From assembly GCA_025058225.1 (NCBI GenBank), contig JANXEE010000015.1:37808-101807 (forward strand): a stretch of DNA of 64,000 bases. The letters are read 5' to 3'. Positions 32,148 through 40,788 of this stretch are shown here, piece by piece. This stretch comes from Candidatus Calditenuaceae archaeon (GTDB lineage: Archaea > Thermoproteota > Nitrososphaeria_A > Caldarchaeales > Calditenuaceae). A program made the translations under genes and the position numbers. Under the pieces are notes generated by a model. That model saw only the letters and a list, made by a program, of their open reading frames with translations, was not told the DNA's origin and made no database searches. The first letter of the stretch is position 1; every line of letters begins with the position of its first letter.

Positions 32148-32649
32148 TCTCGTAGTCCCCTCGCTCAGCGCTCTTCACGTAACCTGATCTCTTGAGTTCT
32201 GTCAGGGCCGCTGTTAGCGTCCCCCTCTTCAAGCCCAAGGCCTCGGAGAGCGCCTTGAGCGGGACGGCCGATTGCTCCCTTAGTCCTAGGACGTTCTCCA
32301 GCCACTTGGTCGCCAGTAGTGCGAGTATCTGGTCGGCAGCGGGGAAGCTGTGCACTGTCGGCTTATGTACGAATCCGATGGACCTGTCGTAGACCACGTA
32401 ACCTTCGAGCGCTTTTATCACCTCCTCAGCGGAGACGTTGACGGCCAGACGCTTCGCGAGCGAGTAGGTAGGCAGGACCTTATCGAAGAACGCATTCACC
32501 GCCCTGATCACGCCCTCCGGATCGCCTTCGATTGAGGTCTGAAAGTTTTGGTGCTCGATGGTGACCCTGATCCTCTGATCGCTGGCAGACACGTTATCCT
32601 GTCGTGGCTCCGTTATTAGAAAGTTGTGCGGCCGGCATCGACGGAGCAT
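32089..32649 (-). CDS. Hypothetical protein with the same architecture (N-terminal beta/alpha module plus C-terminal wHTH)
   Basis: 186 aa. IRVTIEHQNFQTSIEGDPEGVIRAVNAFFDKV, then LKALSEALGLKRGTLTAALTELKRSGYVKSAERGDYEITKHG (MarR/ArsR-like wHTH). The start codon is uncertain. Confidence 0.5.
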   Translation of the reverse strand: MLRRCRPHNFLITEPRQDNVSASDQRIRVTIEHQNFQTSIEGDPEGVIRAVNAFFDKVLPTYSLAKRLAVNVSAEEVIKALEGYVVYDRSIGFVHKPTVHSFPAADQILALLATKWLENVLGLREQSAVPLKALSEALGLKRGTLTAALTELKRSGYVKSAERGDYEITKHGLQALVERLGERTRL

Positions 32650-32691
32650 CAGCGTCCTGCGGTCGGTGAATGGAGCGGTGAGGTGCGACCG

Positions 32692-33903
32692 CTAGGCAAG
32701 GATCTTCGGTGGCAACAGTGAGTCGTTCAATTCCCTGATCGTCTGAAGCCTCCTGAGGACCTCCTTCCTTATCTCCCTCGGAGGTTTGAGCGGTTCTACG
32801 AGCCTTCCGTCGACCAGCAGGGGCCTCAGAAGTGGTCTCACACTACCACCGCACGTGGGACAGCTCTCGAGGACCCTCGATACTGGAACCACAGAGTCGT
32901 GGAAACGGTCACACCGATAGACCTGTTTCCTGCCAGGCAACTTACCTCTCTTAGAGAGGGGTTTGCCACCGACCTCGACGATGTCCAACGCCAGGTCCAC
33001 AGAAGGCGGGAACGCGATCGATGTGCCAACGCCGAAGCCGTCTACAACGTCTGCGAGCTCCCTCGCATCGTCCTCGTCTATACCGCCACTAACGAAGACC
33101 TTCACCCAGTCGTAGCCATGAACCCTCAGGGTCCACTTAACTTCCTCGACGATAGCCCTCATGTTACCTCTCCTCGAGCTGGGTGTGTCTAACCTTACAG
33201 CGTGAAGCCTCCTCCCCAACACCTCAGCTGCCCTGAGGGCTTCTACGCGCTCGTCGTCGAAGGTGTCGCAGAGAGCTATCCGCGGTACCTCCGGAGGCAT
33301 CAGCTCGTCGAAGGCCCTCCATGCTCTCTCCTGATCGCCGAAGACTATTATGAGCGCGTGGGGCATCGTACCGATTGGGCGTTCTCCAATCATCTCCGCA
33401 CCCAGTACCCCCGAGACCGCGTCGCAGCCTCCTATGAACGCAGCCCTGTCCACGGCTGGAGCGACTGCTGGATGGACGCACCTTATCCCGAAGAAGACCA
33501 ACTGCTTGTCCCAAGTGGCCAGCCTAACCCTCGCTGCCTTCGTGGCGACGCTCGATTCGTGCCGGAGGGCCCCGAGGATAGCAGACTCGTAAACGCCGAA
33601 CTCCGAGTAGGGCCCCTCTATCTCCATCACGGGCTCGTAGGGCCTGAAGATCTCGCCCTCCTCCATCGCGAAGACGTTGACCTCTCTACCCTCCAACAAC
33701 CTGATCGCTTCCTCTAGCCCCGCGAAGACGGCCCACGAATATCCCCGAGGAAGGCCGTAGCTGTGCACGTCCGCACAAACCCTGCTCTCCCCCAGCCCGC
33801 TCCTCTTCACGATCTCCTCTGTTCTCAAGAAGTAGATGTCGGTCACCAGACCTTTGAGTATTGAGCCCTCGTCGGCGTAGTAGAGCTTTGGCTTGGGGCT
33901 CAT
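32692..33903 (-). CDS. pncB: Nicotinate phosphoribosyltransferase (archaeal-type NAPRTase)
   Basis: 403 aa. LVTDIYFLRT, EGEIF.P.EPVMEIEGPY, GTMPHALII, VRLDTPSSRRG, FGVGTS, and a C-terminal CxxC zinc knuckle (CPTCGG). Confidence 0.85.
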   Translation of the reverse strand: MSPKPKLYYADEGSILKGLVTDIYFLRTEEIVKRSGLGESRVCADVHSYGLPRGYSWAVFAGLEEAIRLLEGREVNVFAMEEGEIFRPYEPVMEIEGPYSEFGVYESAILGALRHESSVATKAARVRLATWDKQLVFFGIRCVHPAVAPAVDRAAFIGGCDAVSGVLGAEMIGERPIGTMPHALIIVFGDQERAWRAFDELMPPEVPRIALCDTFDDERVEALRAAEVLGRRLHAVRLDTPSSRRGNMRAIVEEVKWTLRVHGYDWVKVFVSGGIDEDDARELADVVDGFGVGTSIAFPPSVDLALDIVEVGGKPLSKRGKLPGRKQVYRCDRFHDSVVPVSRVLESCPTCGGSVRPLLRPLLVDGRLVEPLKPPREIRKEVLRRLQTIRELNDSLLPPKILA

Positions 33904-34027
33904 GGCCTTTCCTAAGTCGGTCGTGGTCGCGACATTTAACGTGTCGCTTTCAGACGGCCCCTATCGACCTCGGTATTCTTGGCCGGCTTGGAAACGTAGA
34001 TTTTCAGGCATCACCTTTCACTAAGCG

Positions 34028-35050
34028 ATGAGGGAGCTCCCAATACCTCCACACTTCAGACCAGAGGTCGTCGGCGACGTTTGGCGGGTCGATTACTACG
34101 AGAGGGCCCGTGAGGCGAGGCGATGGGCGAAGACGTACGGCCTGAGATCCGCTTCGGCTGACGATTTCAAGATCGCACTGCTGCTGATCGATGTCCAGAA
34201 CACGTTCTGCATCCCGTCGTTCGAGCTCTTCGTCGCAGGGAGGTCTGGACTTGGGGCCGTCGAGGACAACGTGAGGCTCTGTCAGTTCATCTACAGGAAC
34301 CTCGAGAACATAACGCGGATATATTTGACGATGGACACCCATCAGGCCTACCAGATCTTCCACGAGACCTTTCTCATCGACAGGGACGGCAACCACCCTG
34401 AGCCCTACACTAAGGTAACCGTTGAGGACGTGAGGCGCGGGCGTTGGTCGGTTGATCCTGAGGCCTGCAACGCTCTTGGTGTCCCCCGGGATTGGGCCCA
34501 AAGGCACCTCCTCCACTACGTCGAATCGCTGGAGAGGTCGGGGAAATACGAGCTGACGGTCTGGCCTTTCCATGCTATGCTGGGAGGAATAGGTCACGCC
34601 CTAGTCCCTGCGATCGAGGAGGCGGTCTTCTTTCACGCAGTTTCTAGAGTCTCTCAGCCCTTCATCAGGATTAAGGGCATGAACCCCTTCACGGAGCACT
34701 ATTCGGCGCTGCAACCGGAGGTCAGAGCCGGACCGAACGGTGAGAGACTCGGCGCGCTCGACGTGGAGCTGGTCGAAGAGCTGAGCCGGTACGACGCGAT
34801 AGTAGTCGCCGGTCAAGCGAAGAGCCATTGCGTAGCCTGGACTGTTGAGGACCTGATAGGTGCATTAAAGGAGAAGGACGAAGAACTCGTCAGGAGATTA
34901 CATCTGCTCGAGGACTGTTCGTCTCCTGTTGTGGTCAAGGGTATCGTGGATTACACTGACACTGCTGAGCTCTATTACAAGAGGTTCGCGGCAGAGGGTG
35001 CGAGGATAGTCAGGTCTACCGAGAGCATCTCTTCCTGGGCGGCACCTTAA
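34028..35050 (+). CDS. Isochorismatase-family cysteine hydrolase, long form (nicotinamidase-like, inferred from context)
   Basis: 340 aa. LLLIDVQNTFC (Asp), a large insertion, and VVAGQAKSHCVAWT (nucleophile Cys). It is divergent from pncB. Confidence 0.7.
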   Translation: MRELPIPPHFRPEVVGDVWRVDYYERAREARRWAKTYGLRSASADDFKIALLLIDVQNTFCIPSFELFVAGRSGLGAVEDNVRLCQFIYRNLENITRIYLTMDTHQAYQIFHETFLIDRDGNHPEPYTKVTVEDVRRGRWSVDPEACNALGVPRDWAQRHLLHYVESLERSGKYELTVWPFHAMLGGIGHALVPAIEEAVFFHAVSRVSQPFIRIKGMNPFTEHYSALQPEVRAGPNGERLGALDVELVEELSRYDAIVVAGQAKSHCVAWTVEDLIGALKEKDEELVRRLHLLEDCSSPVVVKGIVDYTDTAELYYKRFAAEGARIVRSTESISSWAAP

Positions 35051-35103
35051 TTATTACTTCAACAGCCTCACCAAACCCGGAATAGCGCCCGACGTAGCCG
35101 TAG

Positions 35104-35256
35104 TCAACAACCGAAGGCGATGACTCTGCTGAACTCAGGCCTCATTAGTCCTAGCTGACCGACCACCCAGAAAAGCGTGTTCGCAGTGGCGAGTGCTCCC
35201 TGAATGATCGCCGCTATTATGAACCTTGATGCCCAGACGGACGGTCTGATCGTCAT
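35104..35256 (-). CDS. Possible small membrane protein (50 aa), weak call
   Basis: ATG 35256 to TGA 35104: MTIRPSVWASRFIIAAIIQGALATANTLFWVVGQLGLMRPEFSRVIAFGC. It has one hydrophobic helix and lies next to an AT-rich spacer. There is no other support. Confidence 0.25.
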   Translation of the reverse strand: MTIRPSVWASRFIIAAIIQGALATANTLFWVVGQLGLMRPEFSRVIAFGC

Positions 35257-35373
35257 TTCGATTATTATTAATTATTGGCCTACAATTAACTTTTCCCCAC
35301 GTTATATTGAGTATTTAATATGCATAAAATCTTATGTGACTTTATGAATTACAAATATCGAGAACGCATCGGC

Positions 35374-35670
35374 CTATTCGCCGCCGAAGATCATGCCCAT
35401 CCCTGAAAGGGCCCTCTCGTCCTCTTCCTGTAGTGCCCTGACGACCTTCTCAAGCTCCTCGCCCTTGACCTCCATTAGCTCCGATCCGACTAGCTCCCTT
35501 ATCCGGGACTCCTGTTCTTCGGTCCCCATCACCCGCAAGTACTGTCCCTGAGCACCGGTGAGCTGAAAGGCGTCCCTAGTGATGACGTTGGCCTTCGAGC
35601 CCACCTCGTCCGAGAGAATCTTATCCAAGACCTTCGAGACCGACTCGCCGCTGCCCCTGTACAGCAACAT
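35374..35670 (-). CDS. Hypothetical acidic 98-aa protein with a ribosomal-stalk-like C-terminal tail
   Basis: The ORF has normal composition and ends ...LQEEDERALSGMGMIFGGE. I recognise no family. Confidence 0.5.
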   Translation of the reverse strand: MLLYRGSGESVSKVLDKILSDEVGSKANVITRDAFQLTGAQGQYLRVMGTEEQESRIRELVGSELMEVKGEELEKVVRALQEEDERALSGMGMIFGGE

Positions 35671-35777
35671 CCGAGTTTTCGTCCGCGCGGTGCCTGATTA
35701 GTGTGTCGTGAAAGGGCGGTCGCGATCGGAGCATCAGTACACGTTTTTATCTCAAACAGCTGTTTGAACGTTCACGG

Positions 35778-36242
35778 ATGACCCGTGGGGTTATGGGTGA
35801 GTTCAGGTTCCTCTTGAACGGAAAGGTGGTGACCGTTAAGGCACCGCCGTGTTACACGCTCCTCGAGGTTCTCAGGTACGTGCTCCGTATGACCGGGACC
35901 AAGGAGGGCTGCGCGAGGGGAGACTGTGGTGAGTGCACGGTCCTTCTGGACGGCGAACCAGTCCACGCGTGTCTGACGGTAATGACTCAGGTGGAGGGCA
36001 GAAGCGTCACGACGATAGAGGGCATCGATCCCCAACATCCGTTGGTTAGGGCATTCGTGGAGGCCGGTGCTGTACAGTGCGGACATTGCACACCTGGGCT
36101 GATCATCTCCTCTTATGCCCTGCTCAGCAGGAACCCGAGTCCGACCGAAGAGGAGGTGAGGGAGGCGATAAGGGGAAACCTCTGCAGATGCACCGGCTAC
36201 TCGAAGATCGTGAGAGCCGTACTGAGCGCGGCAGGTGTTTGA
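35778..36242 (+). CDS. Molybdenum hydroxylase small subunit, [2Fe-2S]-binding (CoxS/XdhC-type)
   Basis: CARGDCGECTV ... C (plant-type cluster) and QCGHCTPG ... LCRCTGY (second cluster). Confidence 0.9.
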   Translation: MTRGVMGEFRFLLNGKVVTVKAPPCYTLLEVLRYVLRMTGTKEGCARGDCGECTVLLDGEPVHACLTVMTQVEGRSVTTIEGIDPQHPLVRAFVEAGAVQCGHCTPGLIISSYALLSRNPSPTEEEVREAIRGNLCRCTGYSKIVRAVLSAAGV

Positions 36243-37119
36243 TTTGGAGGTTCCGCTTCACGACGTTGACGTCTTGGTCCCGAAGAACCTGACAGAGGCG
36301 TTGAGGATACTCTCTGAGAGGAGGGACATCAGGGTGCTCGCTGGAGGGACGGACCTCCTCGTACAGTTGCGGTCTGGTGCGGTCTCCAAGTCTGACTTAA
36401 TCGATATTTCGAGGTTGCAAGAGCTGAGGTACATCAGACACTCTGACGGGTACATCGCCATAGGAGCCCTGACAACGTACTCCGATATCGCGGGGTCAGA
36501 CATCGTCAGGAGGTACGCACCGTTACTCGCTGAGGCCGCTGAGACGGTCGGTTCCGTGCAGATAATGAATAAGGGCACGATCGGCGGGAACGTAATCAAC
36601 GCCTCACCGGCTGCCGACTCGCTGCCGCCGCTCTACGTACTCGACGCTAAGCTAAAGCTGGTGAGCGTGGACGGCACACGCGCCGTGGGGATCTCAGATT
36701 TCTACAGGGGTTACAAGAAGCTCGAGATCAGACCGAATGAGCTCCTTGCAGAGGTCAGGCTCAGGGCTATGGGTGCAGGCGAGGTGGGGCACTTCTTCAA
36801 GCACGGTCTCAGACAGGGAGACGCGATATCGGTCGTCAACGGGGCCGTGGTTCTGGACCTCGATGGCGATAAGGTCGTTAATGCCGCGATCGCGCTGGGG
36901 GCAGTCGCCCCAACAGTCGTCAGGGCCCCCGAGGCTGAGAGGGTCCTGAAGGGAAAGAGGTTGAGTGAAGACGTCATGTGGGAGGCCTCGAGGGAAGTCC
37001 TGAAGTCGATCTCGCCGATCGATGACGTAAGGGGCTCAGCCGCATATCGACGGGAACTCTCGGTGAACTACCTCTACATGACCCTCTGGAGGCTGGCGCG
37101 GGAGGTCGGTGCTTTATGA
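36235..37119 (+). CDS. Molybdenum hydroxylase medium subunit, FAD-binding (CoxM/XdhB-type)
   Basis: 294 aa. VLAGGTDLLVQLR, GTIGGNV, C-terminal CO-dehydrogenase flavoprotein domain (DDVRGSAAYRR). 8-nt overlap with the small-subunit gene. Confidence 0.85.
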   Translation: MFDLEVPLHDVDVLVPKNLTEALRILSERRDIRVLAGGTDLLVQLRSGAVSKSDLIDISRLQELRYIRHSDGYIAIGALTTYSDIAGSDIVRRYAPLLAEAAETVGSVQIMNKGTIGGNVINASPAADSLPPLYVLDAKLKLVSVDGTRAVGISDFYRGYKKLEIRPNELLAEVRLRAMGAGEVGHFFKHGLRQGDAISVVNGAVVLDLDGDKVVNAAIALGAVAPTVVRAPEAERVLKGKRLSEDVMWEASREVLKSISPIDDVRGSAAYRRELSVNYLYMTLWRLAREVGAL

Positions 37120-39413
37120 CCTCGAAGTCCTCCTACGTCGGTGCACCAGTAGTCAGGAGGGACGCGTTCGAGAAGGCCACGGGTACCGCGATGTACGCCT
37201 CCGACCTCTTTCCCGACGACTTTCTCTGGGTCTCAGTGCTGCGCAGCAGGTATCCGCACGCACACATCAGGAGAATCGACACGGCTAAGGCAAGGTTGCA
37301 CGCTGGGGTCGTCGCGGTCCTGACGCATGAGGACGTCCCGGTGAACAGGTTCGGGGTCTTCGTGAAGGACAGGCCCGTGCTTTGCGACGACAGGGTTCGC
37401 TACATCGGTGATCCGGTTGCCTTGGTAGCCGCCGAGACGCGTGAAGCAGCGCTGGAGGCTGTCAAGATGATCGAGGTGGATTACGAAGAGCTTCCCGCGG
37501 TGACGGACCCGATCTCCGCCCTCAGGGCTGACTCGCCCAAGGTCCACGAGGGCGGAAACGTCTGCAGGCAGACCAGCCTCAGGTTCGGCGACGTCGAGGG
37601 CGCGTTCGCGAGGGCGGACGTCGTCGTCGAGGGCACCTACACCACCGGGACTCAGATACACGCCTTCCTTGAGACGGAGGCTGGGATCTCCTACCTCGAC
37701 GAAAAGGGAAGGGTCGTGGTCGTTGCAGGCGGCCAGTCGCCCCACAGGGATCGGGCCGAGATAGCGCACGCGCTCAACCTCCCACCGGAGAGGGTCAGGG
37801 TGATTACGCCGTACGTCGGTGGTGCCTTCGGGGGAAAGGACGACGTAACCGTCCAGATTCACCTCGCCCTCGTGACCATGAAGACCGGCAGACCCGCAAG
37901 GCTTGTCCTCTCGAGGGAGGAGTCGATGCTCTCGGGGACCAAGAGGCATCCGGCGATCATCAAGATGAGGACGGCCGCCTCAAGGGACGGTCGACTGCTC
38001 GCTAACGAGGTCGAGATAGTGTATGACACAGGAGCTTACGCTGCCCTCGGGCCGGCGGTGCTGGACGTTGCCATAGAGAACTGCAACGGCCCTTACAGGA
38101 TATCGAGCGCAAAGATCGACGCATATCTCGTCTATACGAACAACATGGTCGCGTCGGCGTTCAGGGGTTTCGGAGCACCTCAGGTGATGTTCGCGATGGA
38201 GAGGCAGATCGATCGGATCGCCAGACGGATCGGTATCGACCCTATCGAGTTAAGACTGATCAACGCGATAAGGAAAGGCGATGTCTACGTCTTCGGGAAC
38301 AGGATGGAGGGCAGTGTCGGGATATACGACTGCCTGAGGATCGCTAGGGAGCACCCGCTATGGCGTGAGCGGAGAAGTGGTGAGGGCCTCGAGTATCCTT
38401 GGCTCAGGAGAGGCGTGGGTGTTGCTGCAGGGATGAAGGGCTACACGATAGGCGCGCTCCCTGACAGGGGCAGCGTCTCTGTTGAGCTCCGTCGTGACGG
38501 TTCTATCGCGGTCAGCGGAAGCTTCACCGAGATCGGGCAGGGCGTCGTCGAGTCGGTCGCTCAACTCACGGCTGAGCTCTTCAAGGTGCCAGTGGGTAAG
38601 GTGCACGTCCTGTTCGCTGACACAGAGCGTTCTCCCGACACGAGCGTCACGTCGGCCTCCAGGCAGATCTTCCTAGCCGGCAACGCACTCAGGAAGGCCT
38701 TCGAAGAGGTCGTTGAGAGGGTGAGGGATCTCATCGAGTTGGATACCGGTAGGCGTCCGACCGGCGTCACGTTCACGGAGGAGGGCGTCGTCGCGGGTGC
38801 GGATGAGGTCATACCACTGGGTGAGCTCGCGGAGAGACTGGAGTCTCGTGGCCTCGGCAGAACGGTCATAGGGACCTACGAGGTGCCGAAGGTCGAGCCG
38901 ATAGCCGGAACTCTCGAGATCCCGCACCTCTTCTTCATGTTCGGTGTAACGATCGCCGAAGTGATCGTCAATGTCCTCACAGGTTCTGTGACCGTTCCGA
39001 GGGTCGTCGCAGTGATCGATGCAGGGAGGGTCATCAACCCCATTAACTTCACGGGTCAGATAGAGGGCGCGGTTGTACAGGGGCTCGGCTACGCTCTGAT
39101 GGAGGAGGCGAAGATCGTCAACGGTTACCTGCAGACGAAGGACCTGTCGACTTACCTGATCCCGAGTTCCAAGGACGCCCCTGAGATAGAGGTGATTCCC
39201 GTTGAGAGCTATGAGGAGGAGGGGCCTTTCGGTGCGAAAGGGATCGGTGAGGTCGGAATCCTCTCGGTGGCACCTGCTGTGGTGAACGCGGTGGCCGAGG
39301 CCTGTGGTGTCGAGCCGACTTCGATCCCCCTAACTCCTGAGAAGCTCTACTGGTTGCTCAAGGAGGTCGGTGTTGTTGACAAGATCAGAGGCGCCGGCGG
39401 CCGACTTGAGTAA
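37116..39413 (+). CDS. Molybdenum hydroxylase large subunit (xanthine dehydrogenase/aldehyde oxidoreductase family, molybdopterin-binding)
   Basis: 765 aa. VGGAFGGKDD, GFGAPQ, AKGIGE. The CODH-specific VAYRCSFR loop is not seen. ATGA overlap with the medium subunit. Confidence 0.9.
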   Translation: MTSKSSYVGAPVVRRDAFEKATGTAMYASDLFPDDFLWVSVLRSRYPHAHIRRIDTAKARLHAGVVAVLTHEDVPVNRFGVFVKDRPVLCDDRVRYIGDPVALVAAETREAALEAVKMIEVDYEELPAVTDPISALRADSPKVHEGGNVCRQTSLRFGDVEGAFARADVVVEGTYTTGTQIHAFLETEAGISYLDEKGRVVVVAGGQSPHRDRAEIAHALNLPPERVRVITPYVGGAFGGKDDVTVQIHLALVTMKTGRPARLVLSREESMLSGTKRHPAIIKMRTAASRDGRLLANEVEIVYDTGAYAALGPAVLDVAIENCNGPYRISSAKIDAYLVYTNNMVASAFRGFGAPQVMFAMERQIDRIARRIGIDPIELRLINAIRKGDVYVFGNRMEGSVGIYDCLRIAREHPLWRERRSGEGLEYPWLRRGVGVAAGMKGYTIGALPDRGSVSVELRRDGSIAVSGSFTEIGQGVVESVAQLTAELFKVPVGKVHVLFADTERSPDTSVTSASRQIFLAGNALRKAFEEVVERVRDLIELDTGRRPTGVTFTEEGVVAGADEVIPLGELAERLESRGLGRTVIGTYEVPKVEPIAGTLEIPHLFFMFGVTIAEVIVNVLTGSVTVPRVVAVIDAGRVINPINFTGQIEGAVVQGLGYALMEEAKIVNGYLQTKDLSTYLIPSSKDAPEIEVIPVESYEEEGPFGAKGIGEVGILSVAPAVVNAVAEACGVEPTSIPLTPEKLYWLLKEVGVVDKIRGAGGRLE

Positions 39414-40788
39414 GGTCGAGCGTGTGCTGATCCGGGGTAGGGCGGTCATCCCTGTCTCGAAGAGAGGTCTGGTCATCTCAAAGGGGGTTGTCCTAATTGA
39501 TAACGGAGAGATAGCATACGTTGGAGAGCAAGAGGGGTCTGCGGGGCGCTGGTCTAAAGATGACCTCGTAATAGACGAACCCTATGGTGTTGTGTTGCCT
39601 GGTTTCATAGACACGCACGTTCATCTCGCTCAGGCCCTGATCAGAGGGTTCGTGCCGGACTCGGTCACTCTGATTCCGTGGCTTAGGGACTGGGTTTGGA
39701 GGCTGCAGGGACTTTACGAGCATGAGGACGGCAAGGCGAGCGCGGAGCTCTGCGTCCTCGAGATGCTCAGGACCGGTACGACCACGTTCCTCGAGGCCGG
39801 TCTTCACTCGAGATACGGGATAGACGGAGTCGCGGAGTCCGTGCTCAGGTCTGGAATCAGGGCGATGCTCTCGAAGAAGGTGATGGACATGAAGGGGTAT
39901 GCGACCGTGGAGGACGCGCTTCCCGAAGGAATGGTTGAGGACGGAGAGGAGTGCATCGAGCAGTTCCTCGACGCCAGGCGTAAATGGTCCGGTGCTGGTG
40001 GAGGGCGTCTCGACTTCTGGATCGGCCTCAGGACTCCCGGTGCTGTATCGGACGAGATGTTCGAAAGGGTATCGGAGCTCGCTGATGAGACGGGCGCAGG
40101 CGTCACCATGCACCTCGCAGAGGTGAAGGAGGACCTCCGGTACTTCGCGTCCAGGGGTCTTACTCCGGCCACCTTCCTGAGGAGGTTCGGACTTTTGGGG
40201 AGGAAAAGGGTTTACGTTCACTGCGTTTGGCTCTCAGAGGACGACATGGATGTCTTCGCCGAGACCGGTACATCGGTGGTCCACTGTCCCTCTTCGAACG
40301 CGAAGCTCGGGTCCGGTGTGGCACCGGTCGTGAGGATGCTCGATAAGAGGGTCAACGTCTCGCTCGGATGCGACGGCGGTCCCAGCAACGACTCCTACGA
40401 TTTGGTCAGGGAGATGAAGGTGGCTGCGCTCTTTCAGAAAGCCCTTCACGGGCCCGACCGCTTCACCGCCTGGGACGCTCTGGAGATGTCAACTGTGAAC
40501 GGTGCTAGGGCGCTGGGCCTCGAGGACCTGATAGGGTCGCTGGAGGTCGGTAAGAGGGGTGACGTGGTCGTCATCAGAACGAAGGGGCCCTCACTGACGC
40601 CCTACACGGACCCCGTCTCGCTGATCGTGTACGCGGCTACCGGACGCGACGTCGCTCACGTCCTCGTTGACGGCCAACCGGTGGTGATGGACGGGAAGGT
40701 ACTGACTCTGGACGAGGAGGAGGTCCTGAGAAACGCCGAGGAGCGCTTCGAGGTCGTGAAAGAGAAGTTCCTCAGAGCCCGGACCTGA
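39370..40788 (+). CDS. Metal-dependent amidohydrolase (MtaD/guanine-deaminase/chlorohydrolase subfamily)
   Basis: 472 aa. PGFIDTHVHLAQ (HxH), MHLAE, VHCVWLSEDD, SLGCDGGPSND. A strong GGAGGT lies just upstream of the GTG/TTG cluster at 39370-39376. An alternative GTG is at 39424. Confidence 0.8.
   Translation: MLLTRSEAPAADLSKVERVLIRGRAVIPVSKRGLVISKGVVLIDNGEIAYVGEQEGSAGRWSKDDLVIDEPYGVVLPGFIDTHVHLAQALIRGFVPDSVTLIPWLRDWVWRLQGLYEHEDGKASAELCVLEMLRTGTTTFLEAGLHSRYGIDGVAESVLRSGIRAMLSKKVMDMKGYATVEDALPEGMVEDGEECIEQFLDARRKWSGAGGGRLDFWIGLRTPGAVSDEMFERVSELADETGAGVTMHLAEVKEDLRYFASRGLTPATFLRRFGLLGRKRVYVHCVWLSEDDMDVFAETGTSVVHCPSSNAKLGSGVAPVVRMLDKRVNVSLGCDGGPSNDSYDLVREMKVAALFQKALHGPDRFTAWDALEMSTVNGARALGLEDLIGSLEVGKRGDVVVIRTKGPSLTPYTDPVSLIVYAATGRDVAHVLVDGQPVVMDGKVLTLDEEEVLRNAEERFEVVKEKFLRART

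Noticed and set aside
35051-35373. The AT-rich island as a replication origin.
   Set aside because: I could find no repeated ORB-like boxes, and no orc1/cdc6 gene is nearby. It is more simply a promoter/terminator spacer with one weak small ORF.
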